Assembly (NCBI GenBank): GCA_964464695.1
Contig: CAYXKW010000005.1
Span: 8,677-72,676 of the forward strand
Source: an uncultured Candidatus Saccharibacteria bacterium
GTDB lineage: Bacteria; Patescibacteriota; Minisyncoccia; Phycocordibacterales; UBA5272
Direction: 5' to 3'
Length of the DNA stretch: 64,000 nt
Shown piece by piece: positions 18,840-28,640 of this stretch. A program made the position numbers and the translations under genes. Below the pieces are notes generated by a model, which did not search any database, had not been told where the DNA came from, and was given only the letters and a program-made list of their open reading frames with translations. The number at the start of each line of letters is the position of its first letter. The first letter of the stretch is position 1.

Positions 18840-19120
18840 CAGAAATACAAAAAGCAGAATCACATGATTCTGCTTTTTGTATTTCTGTGGGCGATAAGAA
18901 AATGAACTGCTTCATTTTCGTGAGGAGTCGAATACGGGTCGGAAATCTACTTCGAACGTAGTGAGATAGATTTGTGACCGACTCCTTTTCTGCTGGTCGA
19001 ACTGAGACGTCGCGAAGCCATTTTTGTATTCAAAACTGTGACGTCGAAGTCGGGTCGTCTACAGATGTCGACTAATTTACCAGTCGACTTCGCGAAAAAA
19101 GATTTGTAGCCGACTCCGTG
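18831..19120 (+). repeat. structured tRNA trailer with a 31-bp perfect inverted repeat and an antisense copy of the tRNA 3' end
   Basis: 18831-18861 pairs with 18866-18896; 18922-18932 is complementary to 18820-18830. Confidence 0.85.
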
Positions 19121-19243
19121 AAATTACATGTAACAAAACCACTCCTCTAACCCCTTACCCTACAAACCAGTCTTCTATCCCATTTTTTATGCTACTATTA
19201 TAGTACTTACTAGTTACCGTATTTCGTACTCTTTTACACTACT

Positions 19244-19669
19244 ATGAACACTTCTATTACATGGAACGAACAGTATTCTATTAATGTCCCCTCAATCGAT
19301 GAGCAACATAAATATTTCATTAAGCTTTGCAATGATCTCTTAGCACTTGGAACAAAAGAATCCATAGATAGGCAAGATGCTCTAATTGGCATTATGAAAT
19401 TTGGTGATTATACTGCATACCACTTGGCTGAAGAAGAAGAGTTTCTTATCAAAGTAAATTCCCCTGATGCATTTATCCACGTACATGCTCACAGTCAGTT
19501 CAGAGAGAAAATAAATGAATACATCACTCTTATTCGTATTGAAACAAGTGATGTGAAAAAAGTCACCTTAGAAACATCTACATTTGCAAGCACATGGCTT
19601 TTGGAGCACATTGAATTAATTAAGAAGAACTCTACTCAAACAGAAACAAAACTTGGAGAATTCGCATAA
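19244..19669 (+). CDS. bacteriohemerythrin-like protein
   Basis: W..YSINVPSIDEQH, HLAEEE, HVHAH, WLLEHI. Confidence 0.85.
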   Translation: MNTSITWNEQYSINVPSIDEQHKYFIKLCNDLLALGTKESIDRQDALIGIMKFGDYTAYHLAEEEEFLIKVNSPDAFIHVHAHSQFREKINEYITLIRIETSDVKKVTLETSTFASTWLLEHIELIKKNSTQTETKLGEFA

Positions 19670-19678
19670 CTACACACA

Positions 19679-21430
19679 ATGAACTCAGACACTAACCTAC
19701 GAGACTTATCTACAACTGGAGGTTGGATGAGGAATGCTCGTGTAGCAATTGTACTTATTGTAATTGGCAGCTTATTCCTACGTTCTAGGTTCGACCTTTT
19801 CCATTACGACACAAGCATCCTACTTAAAGTATCCTTCTTGTACCTCCTGACAAGTACTTTCTTTGCACTATTTAACAAAAAAATAAGAACAACCAGCCAA
19901 GAAAAGCTTGCCACATATTTTGAACTTACCGTTGATATTATTTTCATAACTCTTATCGTGTACTCAACCGGAGGAGTGCAGAGCAGACTTGCATTTTTAT
20001 ATATTGTCCCTATTTTATCTGGTTCATTACTCTCCCCTTTTGCATCAATCATCATTGGACTTTCAACACTTGTTGCATATTTTGGCCTTATATATGCAGA
20101 ATATACAAATTTTATTACTTCCGTCTTCACTGATACGGTAGCTGATGTATATTTTTCAAAAATACAGATGATACGACAATCACTTATTGTCATCATTACA
20201 ACATTCATTGGAGCGTATTACTTTAATAGTATTAAAAAACTAAATACTCAAATTGTTAACATTAAGGAAGAATCAACCGCGAAAAGTAAAGCAATCTTAG
20301 AGAGTATCGGTGACGGAATTATCGTAACAGACCGCCAAGGAATTATTGTCGAGATTAATGATAAAGCCTTACACTTACTTAACTTAGATTTTGAAGACTG
20401 TGTCGGGAAACCACACCATGCTGTATGGAATGTTACAACACAAAAAGGAGAGCCTGCCCTACTTTCAGAAAGACCAATTGAGAAAGTTCTTGCAACTGGT
20501 ATCCGTTTCTTCAATACTACCGCAACAACAACTACATATTATGAAAGAAAGAACATGGGCACATTCCCTGTTCTTACAACGGTAACGCCTGTTACCTTAA
20601 ATGATAAAACCATTGGTGTTGTGGAATCATTTAGAGATATCACTATGGATAAAAAAGTGGATGAGGCGAAGAGTGAATTCATTTCAATTGCGTCTCATCA
20701 ATTAAAAACACCTCCGACTGCAATCAAGCTTCTCACTGAAAGACTTCTTGGATCTAAAATGGGCGAATTGAACGAAAAGCAAAAGGAGTACATTACTGAT
20801 ATCCATACCTCGAACCAAAGAATGATTGAGCTTGTAAACGCTCTTTTGAATGTATCAAGGATAGAGCTTGGAGGATTTTCAATTCAAGCAAAAGATTTTG
20901 ATTCACTGTCACTACTAAAAAATGCAATCACAGAATTAACACCTCTCGCAGAAAGAAAAAGCATACATATCTCCACTTCATTCCAGGAGTCGAACTTACT
21001 GCTTCCACTTGATGAAACACTTTTCCGTGTTCTAGTTACTAACTTAATAACTAACGCTATCAGATATTCTCACGAAAATAGCGAGCTGGTAATTTCTTAT
21101 ACAAAAAGCACACAAGGTGAAACTGTTGGTGATAAGAAATTAACTCAGGATTACCATATTTTTAGCTTTACAGATACTGGTCTTGGTATTCCTGACGATG
21201 AAAAGGATAAAATATTTACAAAGTTTTACAGAGCAAGTAACACTAAAGAAAACCACCCTGACGGGACTGGTCTTGGGTTATATATCGTAAAATCGATTCT
21301 TAAAAAATCAGGCGGAGATTTATGGTTTATTTCTAAAAAAGACGTTGGTTCAACTTTTTATATCGGTCTACCAATTTCTGGTATGAAATCAGTCGACACT
21401 GGTAAAATAATATCTCCCCCTTTAGAGTAA
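19679..21430 (+). CDS. membrane PAS-domain sensor histidine kinase
   Basis: TM region, ESIGDGIIVTD PAS, SHQLKTP H-box, NLITNAIRY, DTGLGI, GTGLGL. Confidence 0.93.
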   Translation: MNSDTNLRDLSTTGGWMRNARVAIVLIVIGSLFLRSRFDLFHYDTSILLKVSFLYLLTSTFFALFNKKIRTTSQEKLATYFELTVDIIFITLIVYSTGGVQSRLAFLYIVPILSGSLLSPFASIIIGLSTLVAYFGLIYAEYTNFITSVFTDTVADVYFSKIQMIRQSLIVIITTFIGAYYFNSIKKLNTQIVNIKEESTAKSKAILESIGDGIIVTDRQGIIVEINDKALHLLNLDFEDCVGKPHHAVWNVTTQKGEPALLSERPIEKVLATGIRFFNTTATTTTYYERKNMGTFPVLTTVTPVTLNDKTIGVVESFRDITMDKKVDEAKSEFISIASHQLKTPPTAIKLLTERLLGSKMGELNEKQKEYITDIHTSNQRMIELVNALLNVSRIELGGFSIQAKDFDSLSLLKNAITELTPLAERKSIHISTSFQESNLLLPLDETLFRVLVTNLITNAIRYSHENSELVISYTKSTQGETVGDKKLTQDYHIFSFTDTGLGIPDDEKDKIFTKFYRASNTKENHPDGTGLGLYIVKSILKKSGGDLWFISKKDVGSTFYIGLPISGMKSVDTGKIISPPLE

Positions 21431-21459
21431 CAAATGCAGCATGTTATACTTTATCTCAT

Positions 21460-21861
21460 ATGAATGACGCCACAAAAATTTTAATTGTTGAGGATGAAGT
21501 ATTAATAAGAAAAGCATACACTGAAGAACTGCAAAGCGAAGGTTTTACTGTTATTGTTGCGGGGAATGGAAAGGAAGGACTAGACACAGCACTTGCAGAA
21601 AAACCAGATCTTATACTACTTGATATTCTTATGCCAATTATGGATGGCGTCACTATGATGGGAAAATTGCGAGAAAGTGGTGAATACGGAGCACAGGTAC
21701 CTATCATACTTTTAACGAACCTTTCAACTAACGAGGAGAAAATACTCGAGGCTGTGGTCAAGGATAAACCAGCTCTTTACCTTGAAAAAGCATCCTGGGA
21801 TTTAGCAAAAGTTGTAGAAAAGATAAAAGAATATCTTAAAGATAAGCCTGAGGTTGTCTAG
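21460..21861 (+). CDS. single-domain response regulator
   Basis: ILIVEDE, LLDILMP, LLTN. Confidence 0.92.
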   Translation: MNDATKILIVEDEVLIRKAYTEELQSEGFTVIVAGNGKEGLDTALAEKPDLILLDILMPIMDGVTMMGKLRESGEYGAQVPIILLTNLSTNEEKILEAVVKDKPALYLEKASWDLAKVVEKIKEYLKDKPEVV

Positions 21862-21890
21862 TTCCAAGTTCAACTCAATATTTTTTATGA

Positions 21891-22337
21891 TTATTCGTGG
21901 TGATATTTTTCACCTTTTATAATCGTAAGAGCCCTGTATATTTGTTCAAGTATAATTATGCGTACGAGCATATGAGGAAATACAAGTGAAGATAATTTCC
22001 AAACATAGTTTGCTCGGTCTATCACTTTTTCTGAAACTCCATACGCGCCACCAATAATAAACACCATTCTCCGAACTGAATCAACCATTCTATTCTCTAT
22101 CAATTCAGCCAGTGCTTCACTTTTTATATCTTTCCCCTTCTCATCAAGTAACACTACATAATCTTCTTTTTTAAGAAGTGAACTAATTTTATCTCCTTCC
22201 TTTTCCTTTGTAACATCGTGTGCGATATACACCCACTCCAGAGGGAGATACCTGAACAACCTAAGTTCATAGTGTTTTACAAGGTCATTACTTATTTCAT
22301 CTTTTTCTTTTCCAACACTCATAATGACAATTTTCAT
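21891..22337 (-). CDS. rlmH: 23S rRNA (pseudouridine1915-N3)-methyltransferase
   Basis: LDEKG, FIIGGAYG, LSSLVFPH, LEQIYRA..I.KGEKYH. Confidence 0.95.
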   Translation of the reverse strand: MKIVIMSVGKEKDEISNDLVKHYELRLFRYLPLEWVYIAHDVTKEKEGDKISSLLKKEDYVVLLDEKGKDIKSEALAELIENRMVDSVRRMVFIIGGAYGVSEKVIDRANYVWKLSSLVFPHMLVRIIILEQIYRALTIIKGEKYHHE

Positions 22338-22422
22338 ACCATAACTCTACGATATAAAAAGAATATTCGCAAACTAAGTGCAGTCGCGCAGGATAATGAT
22401 ACTGTAGTATACTAGGCTCATT

Positions 22423-23604
22423 ATGATTCTTCTTGCGATAGAAACGAGTTGCGACGAAACAGCAATCTCAATCGTTAAACGTGTACGTGGTAAGCAAGTG
22501 CGATTTGAGTCACTTTCACACAAAGTACTCTCTCAGATTGACCTACACGCCCAATACGGGGGCGTCTTCCCAGCTCTTGCAAAGCGTGAACATACAAAAG
22601 CAATTACTCAGCTGATAGCAGAAACTCTTGAGGAAGCTGATCTTTTAGTTGAGAGAGTTAACACCTACCATATCCCTAGTGCGGAGCGAAAAAAATTAGA
22701 TACTCTTTTGGAACGAGAACCGGAGATGCTCGTGGCAATGAAAGTGCTTTTTGAAGGAATTCAAAAGCCTGCAATTGATGCGATTGCAGTTACTTCTGGA
22801 CCAGGGCTTGAGCCAGCGCTTTGGGTTGGAATAAACGCTGCACTTGCACTTCGCATGATCTGGGATATTCCAGTGTATCCAATTAACCACATGGAGGGTC
22901 ACATTGTTGCGGGTCTCATTTCCCTGTCTGATTCTACGTACGAAATCTCTGATTTTGATTTACCTGCTGTTGCGCTCCTTATTTCTGGTGGTCACACTGA
23001 ACTGGTACACGTACCTAAACTTCGAAGTTACAAGGTAATAGGAAAAACAAGAGATGATGCTGTTGGTGAAGCATTTGATAAAGCAGCTCGCATGCTAGGA
23101 CTACCCTATCCTGGAGGACCAGAAATTTCAAGATTAGCGGAACTAGCACGAAAGGAAGGAATCATTGTAGACGAAGATTTACGACTCCCTAGACCAATGT
23201 TACATAGCGGAGACCTTCATTTTTCTTTCAGTGGATTGAAAACTGCCGTGCTTACAAGAATTAATAAACGAGGCACAATCGATGAGGTAACAAAAAAAAT
23301 GCTTGCTCTTGAATTTGAAAATGCAGTAACAGATGTACTTGTTACAAAAGTGAAGCAGGCACTCTACGAAACACGAGCGAACACGCTTATTGTTGGAGGT
23401 GGTGTGAGTGCTAACACGCACATACGAGCATCACTGAAACGTCTTTCTGAATTGGAAGGATTTACACTCTTTATTCCTAATAGGAATCTTTCTACTGATA
23501 ACGGTCTTATGATTGCTTCTACAGGATTACTTCATCTTGCTGAAAATGAAACTCCTAAAGTCAAAATTGTGGCGAATGGCAGCTGGTCAGTGGAGAGCTG
23601 TTAG
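22423..23604 (+). CDS. tsaD: tRNA threonylcarbamoyladenosine transferase
   Basis: IETSCDET, GPGL, NHMEGH, SGGHT, DDAVGEAFDK, FSFSGLKT, TDNG. Confidence 0.96.
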   Translation: MILLAIETSCDETAISIVKRVRGKQVRFESLSHKVLSQIDLHAQYGGVFPALAKREHTKAITQLIAETLEEADLLVERVNTYHIPSAERKKLDTLLEREPEMLVAMKVLFEGIQKPAIDAIAVTSGPGLEPALWVGINAALALRMIWDIPVYPINHMEGHIVAGLISLSDSTYEISDFDLPAVALLISGGHTELVHVPKLRSYKVIGKTRDDAVGEAFDKAARMLGLPYPGGPEISRLAELARKEGIIVDEDLRLPRPMLHSGDLHFSFSGLKTAVLTRINKRGTIDEVTKKMLALEFENAVTDVLVTKVKQALYETRANTLIVGGGVSANTHIRASLKRLSELEGFTLFIPNRNLSTDNGLMIASTGLLHLAENETPKVKIVANGSWSVESC

Positions 23605-23654
23605 CTCTTAGCTCTTAGCTGGTAGTCTGCAGCAAACATTAAACACCATTCAAT

Positions 23655-23798
23655 ACAAAAGAAAGAGCGAAACCTTACGGTCTCGCTCTTTCTTTTGCCT
23701 CGCACCCAATTGTGGTGAGCGTGGCATGCTCCAAAGATAAATGCCTTATGTGAGCGCAGTCGCCCACCGCAATTACTTGCGAAGTGGGTAACCACGCT
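23655..23798 (-). ncRNA. candidate structured small RNA of unknown family
   Basis: Own promoter, terminal helix AGCGTGG/CCACGCT enclosing two hairpins, intrinsic terminator. Confidence 0.55.
23656..23697. terminator. bidirectional intrinsic terminator
   Basis: caaaagaaagagcga...tcgctctttcttttg. Confidence 0.8.
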
Positions 23799-23802
23799 AT
23801 GT

Positions 23803-23831
23803 AGTATACCTGCTTGTAAAGAATAGTTCAA
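23803..23831 (-). promoter_or_regulatory. sigma70-type promoter
   Basis: TTGAAC-17 nt-TATACT. Confidence 0.65.
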
Positions 23832-23877
23832 AGGAATAAGGTGTGCTGTACTGTCGTAAGCTGAACCAGAACTTGTC

Positions 23878-24384
23878 CTATAGCTTGGCGTTAATATATT
23901 TATAAACTTCTTCTTGATTTAGTGTTTCAATATCTACAACAATTGCTTGTGGCCTCTTTTTAATATATTCTTGGATCTCTTCCCAAAACTCCACCACTTT
24001 TTCTGGCGTTAATAAACTGTTTTCTCTATATCCTCTTTCTTCAGCTCTTTTGATAACAAGTTCTCTGCTCGCATTAAGTACAAACTCCAATACGTTTGCG
24101 TTGTACTTTTTACCTAGTTCAATAAATCTTTCGACTATCTCCACATCAATAAAAACTTTATCAATAATAACATCGTGGCCAGATTTCAAATATGTTTCGA
24201 CAATTGATTCTGACACAAGTAATGAGAGTTGCTTACTTTCAACCTTATTTTCTCTATATCCACTAATATACCGTCGCAATGCGTCTATATCCACCAAAAA
24301 AGAAAGTGGTTGGGTTTGGTGAATTTTTTGTGCGACAGTACTTTTTCCTATTCCTGTCGGACCATTCATAATAATGAGTTTCAT
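23878..24384 (-). CDS. P-loop nucleoside/nucleotide kinase-like (AAA family) protein
   Basis: GPTGIGKS; D.LR; R...R lid. Confidence 0.8.
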   Translation of the reverse strand: MKLIIMNGPTGIGKSTVAQKIHQTQPLSFLVDIDALRRYISGYRENKVESKQLSLLVSESIVETYLKSGHDVIIDKVFIDVEIVERFIELGKKYNANVLEFVLNASRELVIKRAEERGYRENSLLTPEKVVEFWEEIQEYIKKRPQAIVVDIETLNQEEVYKYINAKL

Positions 24385-24404
24385 ATATGTCTAATAAATT
24401 AGTT

Positions 24405-24938
24405 TTATTCTTTGTAAATGAAGTCCAAAACTTCTTTTGCAACCTGTGCTCCATTTTTATTTGTTGTTTCTATAATTTTATAGTTATTTTGTAAACAACT
24501 ATCTCTTAAAATATTTGAATAGTAAACATTATCCTCTATAAATTTTTCTACACTTTTATTAGTAGCTCTAAAAAGTTCTTTTATCGAACTTTCATCAAGG
24601 TAACGACTTCTAATTCTTTCTGAAATAGTATCTGTATCAGCATCAAGAAATATAACAACTGGTTTATCACCGAGCTTCTCAGCCATCTCTTCTATTTCTT
24701 CTGGCTTCATAAATCCGCAAACAACTGTATTTTTGTTTTGTTTCTTTTTTTCAATACCAAGATGTAGCCAATATTCTGTTTCAGATTTTCGCCATTCTTT
24801 ATCTGCATTATTAGGTACACCTCTCTCGTCAAAGTCATACATATTAAAATTACTCTCCGAAAGATTGTTCTTAAGTAGATTAAATGTAGTCGTCTTACCT
24901 ACACCATTAGCACCTATTACAAAAAATACTTTATTCAT
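24405..24938 (-). CDS. P-loop kinase-like (AAA family) protein
   Basis: GANGVGKT, DFDERGVP, ERIRSR. Confidence 0.8.
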   Translation of the reverse strand: MNKVFFVIGANGVGKTTTFNLLKNNLSESNFNMYDFDERGVPNNADKEWRKSETEYWLHLGIEKKKQNKNTVVCGFMKPEEIEEMAEKLGDKPVVIFLDADTDTISERIRSRYLDESSIKELFRATNKSVEKFIEDNVYYSNILRDSCLQNNYKIIETTNKNGAQVAKEVLDFIYKE

Positions 24939-25024
24939 ACAAACAGTATATCAGTCCTATTTTTCCTATGGCGAAAATTTTAAAGTGAAAAGCGCTCTAC
25001 TTTTATTTAGCATACTATTTTATT

Positions 25025-25320
25025 GGAAAAATTGATTCAGCTACGCGAAGCCTAAAGATTTTTTGAAAGAGATGTAGTAACCCTACATTGACTGAAAAAA
25101 ATCTTATAGCGACAAAGTAGACCTCTAATTTTTCAGCTACGGATACCTTCGTCGAGACTAAGACACAAATTTACCGATTCGTCTTTACTCCTTAATTTTA
25201 TGGCAGAAAGTGCTTTAGATACAAGGCACGAAGAATTTTTTCGACTAAGATGTACAAGAGGTACCTCGCATGGAGAAAAAAATCTTATAGCGACAAAGTA
25301 GACTCCCAATTTCTTAGATT
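25025..25320. repeat. two tandem structured (MITE-like) repeats
   Basis: Exact 29-mer gaaaaaaatcttatagcgacaaagtagac at 25094-25122 and 25275-25303, each within nested inverted repeats. Confidence 0.7.
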
Positions 25321-25466
25321 GTAATCAATCTTTTGAAATTGCAGTACCCTTGGGTATGAAGTACTTTATGCCATAAAACATAAGGCCACTCTTGCGAGTG
25401 GACTTATGCAGGCATTTATTTATCTTGTAGAGCACACCTTCATGCACTCACAACTATAAGTATATA

Positions 25467-27683
25467 CTATTTCTTCGGAGCAGCAAGAAGTTGCTTAATA
25501 TATTCATCAATTTCTTTTGCAATTGTTGGATTCTTCTTTTTCTCTTCATTGAGAATTTCAATAGCAAGATTTATTTGTCCTGATGAAACAATCCCACTTA
25601 ACACATCTGGATCAAAACTAGTGTCTTGTCCTTTTGAAGCAGCATATGCTTTAGCTTCTTTATACTTTCCATTGTACGCCGCACTGATCATCATCCACTT
25701 CAATGCGTCATTACATGTGATAGAAAGATCATACGTTTGACGCCCAAGAGCATAGGCTTGATCGAACTTCTTCTGAACAAGATACGCACGAGTAAGGTCA
25801 AATGCAATGAGTTGCTTGTTCGGAGCAAGAACCATAGCGTCCTTGAGAACTCTTTCTGCATTTACTGAATCCCCTACACCATTGAAGAACATACCATAAA
25901 TAGAGAGCATTCTGACATCATTTTTATTAGCTTCGTAAGAAATATTAATATCATTAACGGTAGCTAAAATAAGATTATTTAAGGCTTGTGTTATCAGTTG
26001 TCGCTCTCCCTGAGGAATTTCTTCTGGAATCTTAATTTGTGACATACGAATTGTCATTTGTAAGAATTGCTCACGCGCCTCAATACTCCCAAGCGTATTC
26101 ATGTTAATTGCATTGATAAAATTATCCTGCTGAATTTTTACTTTATCTTGGAATGGCTTATTAGGATCTGTTTGGACAATACTCATTGCCTCAATAACCA
26201 TTTTATTTACAAGGAGAGGTCTGTAGTTAAGGAAATAGAACGTTACAAGTAAAGCTATACCAATTATCGGAGCAACTAACAAGTTCATTTGATCCTTATC
26301 AAACAATACCTTCCCATGATGCTCTCCTCCTGCCTTAGTACGAGATGTGATGTACGCAAGTAGTGCAAAGAAGAGGATGTAACTTGTTAAGTTGTCGAAT
26401 ACAAAGAAGTTGTGAATGAAATACCCTGCGAGCATACCGGTTAATATAGCTTTTTCTGAAAGCGACATCTGATTTTCTCGCCTCCACATGAACCAAAGTG
26501 TTACACCATACAATGAGAGGTAAGTAAGGAGTCCGAGTGCCCCTGCTGCTACAAGCCAGTCAAAGAATACATTGTGAGAGCGGTCATACCACGGCTCTAG
26601 GTTACACATGTTATTTGGCAAGAACTTGCGTGCAAAGACATAACTAAAGTTATCTTGACCATATCCTAGAATTGGTCTTTCTTTCCATGCTTCGTAACTA
26701 ATCTTCCACATTGAGAGACGACTTGCGCCAGTAATATCATTTGGTGAAATTGTAGCAATACGCGCCAAAACAGTATTTGATTTTACAAAACTAGAATCCT
26801 TAAAAACAAAGATTGAAGCAAGCGCAATTACCCCAATAACTGTTGCGATAGCGAAGTTCTGAAGTACAACACCTCTTTTCTTCCAGGCAATAATACCGCA
26901 TGTAATAAAACCTCCAACAGCTAATCCAATCATAGCTCCACGAGTACCTGATAAAAGTACACCTAGAATATTCATGATAATCAAAACTGGGTAAAACCAT
27001 TGTTTCTTTGGATTCTTTGACTGTGACCAAAGTAGGGCAGCAATAAAGACGTGCATTAAGCAGTACACTCCAAAATATGCAGAGTTACCAATCGTTGCAT
27101 CGAGTCGATTGCTACTCATGTGAATCGGGAAACGTGCAGCGAACCATGCTCCAGCACTTGGAAAGAGATTGTACAATAGCTGACCTTTCACCCCAAACAA
27201 CTGCGCATACCCATAAAGTACAATTAGTATGTCCGCCGCTAAAAATATCTTCAACATTTTTCGCCACTCTTCAAGCGACCGAATCATCACAGTAAGTACA
27301 AAGAAATATGCAAAGAAGTGAATATGCCCTACGAATCCTTCCATTCTTTCAAAATTACTCCACATACTCTTCTCTCTATCAACACCAAATAAATCTGCAA
27401 GGAGAAGTACAATAATGAAAAGCCCGTATGCAATCATTATTGGAGACTTTCTAATGTTAATTCTATACGAAGAATCAGAAAGAGCGAGAATTGCCCAGCC
27501 AGCCAAAGCTACCTCAACGAGTATTCTAAAGATAATATTTTTCCCTGAAATAAACGGGAAAAACATCCCTGTTCCTGTAAACCAACTTATGACGTCCAAT
27601 TTTCCACCATCTGCCACATGGAGCACGATAAATGGAATGATCGCAAGACACACCCACACAACTTTCTTTATAATATTTTGCAT
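25467..27683 (-). CDS. O-antigen ligase-like (Wzy_C) membrane protein with C-terminal TPR region; probable O-oligosaccharyltransferase
   Basis: Many TMs; WSNFERMEG, ATIGNS, SGTRG, RPILGYG, DRSHN. Confidence 0.85.
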   Translation of the reverse strand: MQNIIKKVVWVCLAIIPFIVLHVADGGKLDVISWFTGTGMFFPFISGKNIIFRILVEVALAGWAILALSDSSYRINIRKSPIMIAYGLFIIVLLLADLFGVDREKSMWSNFERMEGFVGHIHFFAYFFVLTVMIRSLEEWRKMLKIFLAADILIVLYGYAQLFGVKGQLLYNLFPSAGAWFAARFPIHMSSNRLDATIGNSAYFGVYCLMHVFIAALLWSQSKNPKKQWFYPVLIIMNILGVLLSGTRGAMIGLAVGGFITCGIIAWKKRGVVLQNFAIATVIGVIALASIFVFKDSSFVKSNTVLARIATISPNDITGASRLSMWKISYEAWKERPILGYGQDNFSYVFARKFLPNNMCNLEPWYDRSHNVFFDWLVAAGALGLLTYLSLYGVTLWFMWRRENQMSLSEKAILTGMLAGYFIHNFFVFDNLTSYILFFALLAYITSRTKAGGEHHGKVLFDKDQMNLLVAPIIGIALLVTFYFLNYRPLLVNKMVIEAMSIVQTDPNKPFQDKVKIQQDNFINAINMNTLGSIEAREQFLQMTIRMSQIKIPEEIPQGERQLITQALNNLILATVNDINISYEANKNDVRMLSIYGMFFNGVGDSVNAERVLKDAMVLAPNKQLIAFDLTRAYLVQKKFDQAYALGRQTYDLSITCNDALKWMMISAAYNGKYKEAKAYAASKGQDTSFDPDVLSGIVSSGQINLAIEILNEEKKKNPTIAKEIDEYIKQLLAAPKK

Positions 27684-27796
27684 ACGAAATTGTATTTTAA
27701 AACTTTGTTATACGGAATAATTACTGAAGTGTAGCACAAAGAAGATTACTTTTGTCAGATTTTATATCTTGACATTTATACTAAATACTATAAATA

Positions 27797-28573
27797 CTAC
27801 TTCTTCGTAAACCAAAAACATCCACACCCGTAAATTTGTTTATCTGCCTGCTCTTTGGTTGCGTTATAGATAATTCCTTTTTCTACTGCATTGTCAGGAA
27901 TAAGCGAAAACTCTTTAAGGTTGAGTCCTGGGAACATTTCAATCACCATTTGATACGAATAAATTCTGTGCGCATTAAATTGTATCTGGGGACGCCCGAC
28001 AGGAACTACAAACAAAAGGCTTCCATTTTTTGCTACAACTCTTTCAAGCTCTTGTGCAGCCTTTACATCCCCTTCTGGTTGTATTGGGTCGCCATACCTT
28101 CCTAACCCAACGTGTTCAACTGTGTGCATACAAGAAAGACTCTCAATTGAATTATCCTCAAAATGAAGGTCGGTTAGATTTGCAGACGAAGATGTAAGCC
28201 CTGAAAGATTTAATTTTGCTGGTCTGTAATCATAAAAGTGAACCGGTGAAAACGCAGAAACTATGGAAGAAAAATAAAGACTTGATGAAATATCAGTGTG
28301 CGAAGTAGCTCCAATCTCTTTTACTTTACGAGCTGCCCAAGCTGTGTGATACACATAATGTGCGTCAAATCTAGTAAAAGGTGTGTTCTCAAAAAGAACT
28401 GGCATCACAGATGTCAAAGGAATTGAGAACCTTTTTTCTGTATCTTTTTGCTTGTATGCAAAGTAATCCAAAATAATTACCGGAAAAAACAAAAAGGATT
28501 TTACTTTATTAAGTGTCCTTTTTACCGAACGCAAGAAATAATACATACAATAAGAAAGTAATGAGAACCTCAA
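27797..28573 (-). CDS. DUF268 family SAM-methyltransferase-like protein
   Basis: HYVYHTAWA, SCMHTVEHVGLGRYGDP, FNAHRIY. Confidence 0.85.
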   Translation of the reverse strand: MRFSLLSYCMYYFLRSVKRTLNKVKSFLFFPVIILDYFAYKQKDTEKRFSIPLTSVMPVLFENTPFTRFDAHYVYHTAWAARKVKEIGATSHTDISSSLYFSSIVSAFSPVHFYDYRPAKLNLSGLTSSSANLTDLHFEDNSIESLSCMHTVEHVGLGRYGDPIQPEGDVKAAQELERVVAKNGSLLFVVPVGRPQIQFNAHRIYSYQMVIEMFPGLNLKEFSLIPDNAVEKGIIYNATKEQADKQIYGCGCFWFTKK

Positions 28574-28640
28574 TAAATAATATTATGGAGTATAACATGA
28601 TGCTATACTTGCAATACAAAGAGCAGTACTACGTACAAAT

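Noticed and set aside
23595-23625. TTAGCTC heptamer repeats after tsaD
   Set aside because: Only 2-3 units with no associated gene or inverted partner
23601-23831. 76-aa ORF over the candidate small RNA
   Set aside because: Its start coincides with the -35 box and it runs through a terminator; not protein-like
25094-25303. 29-bp exact repeat pair as a CRISPR array
   Set aside because: Only two copies, a 152-bp gap and no cas genes
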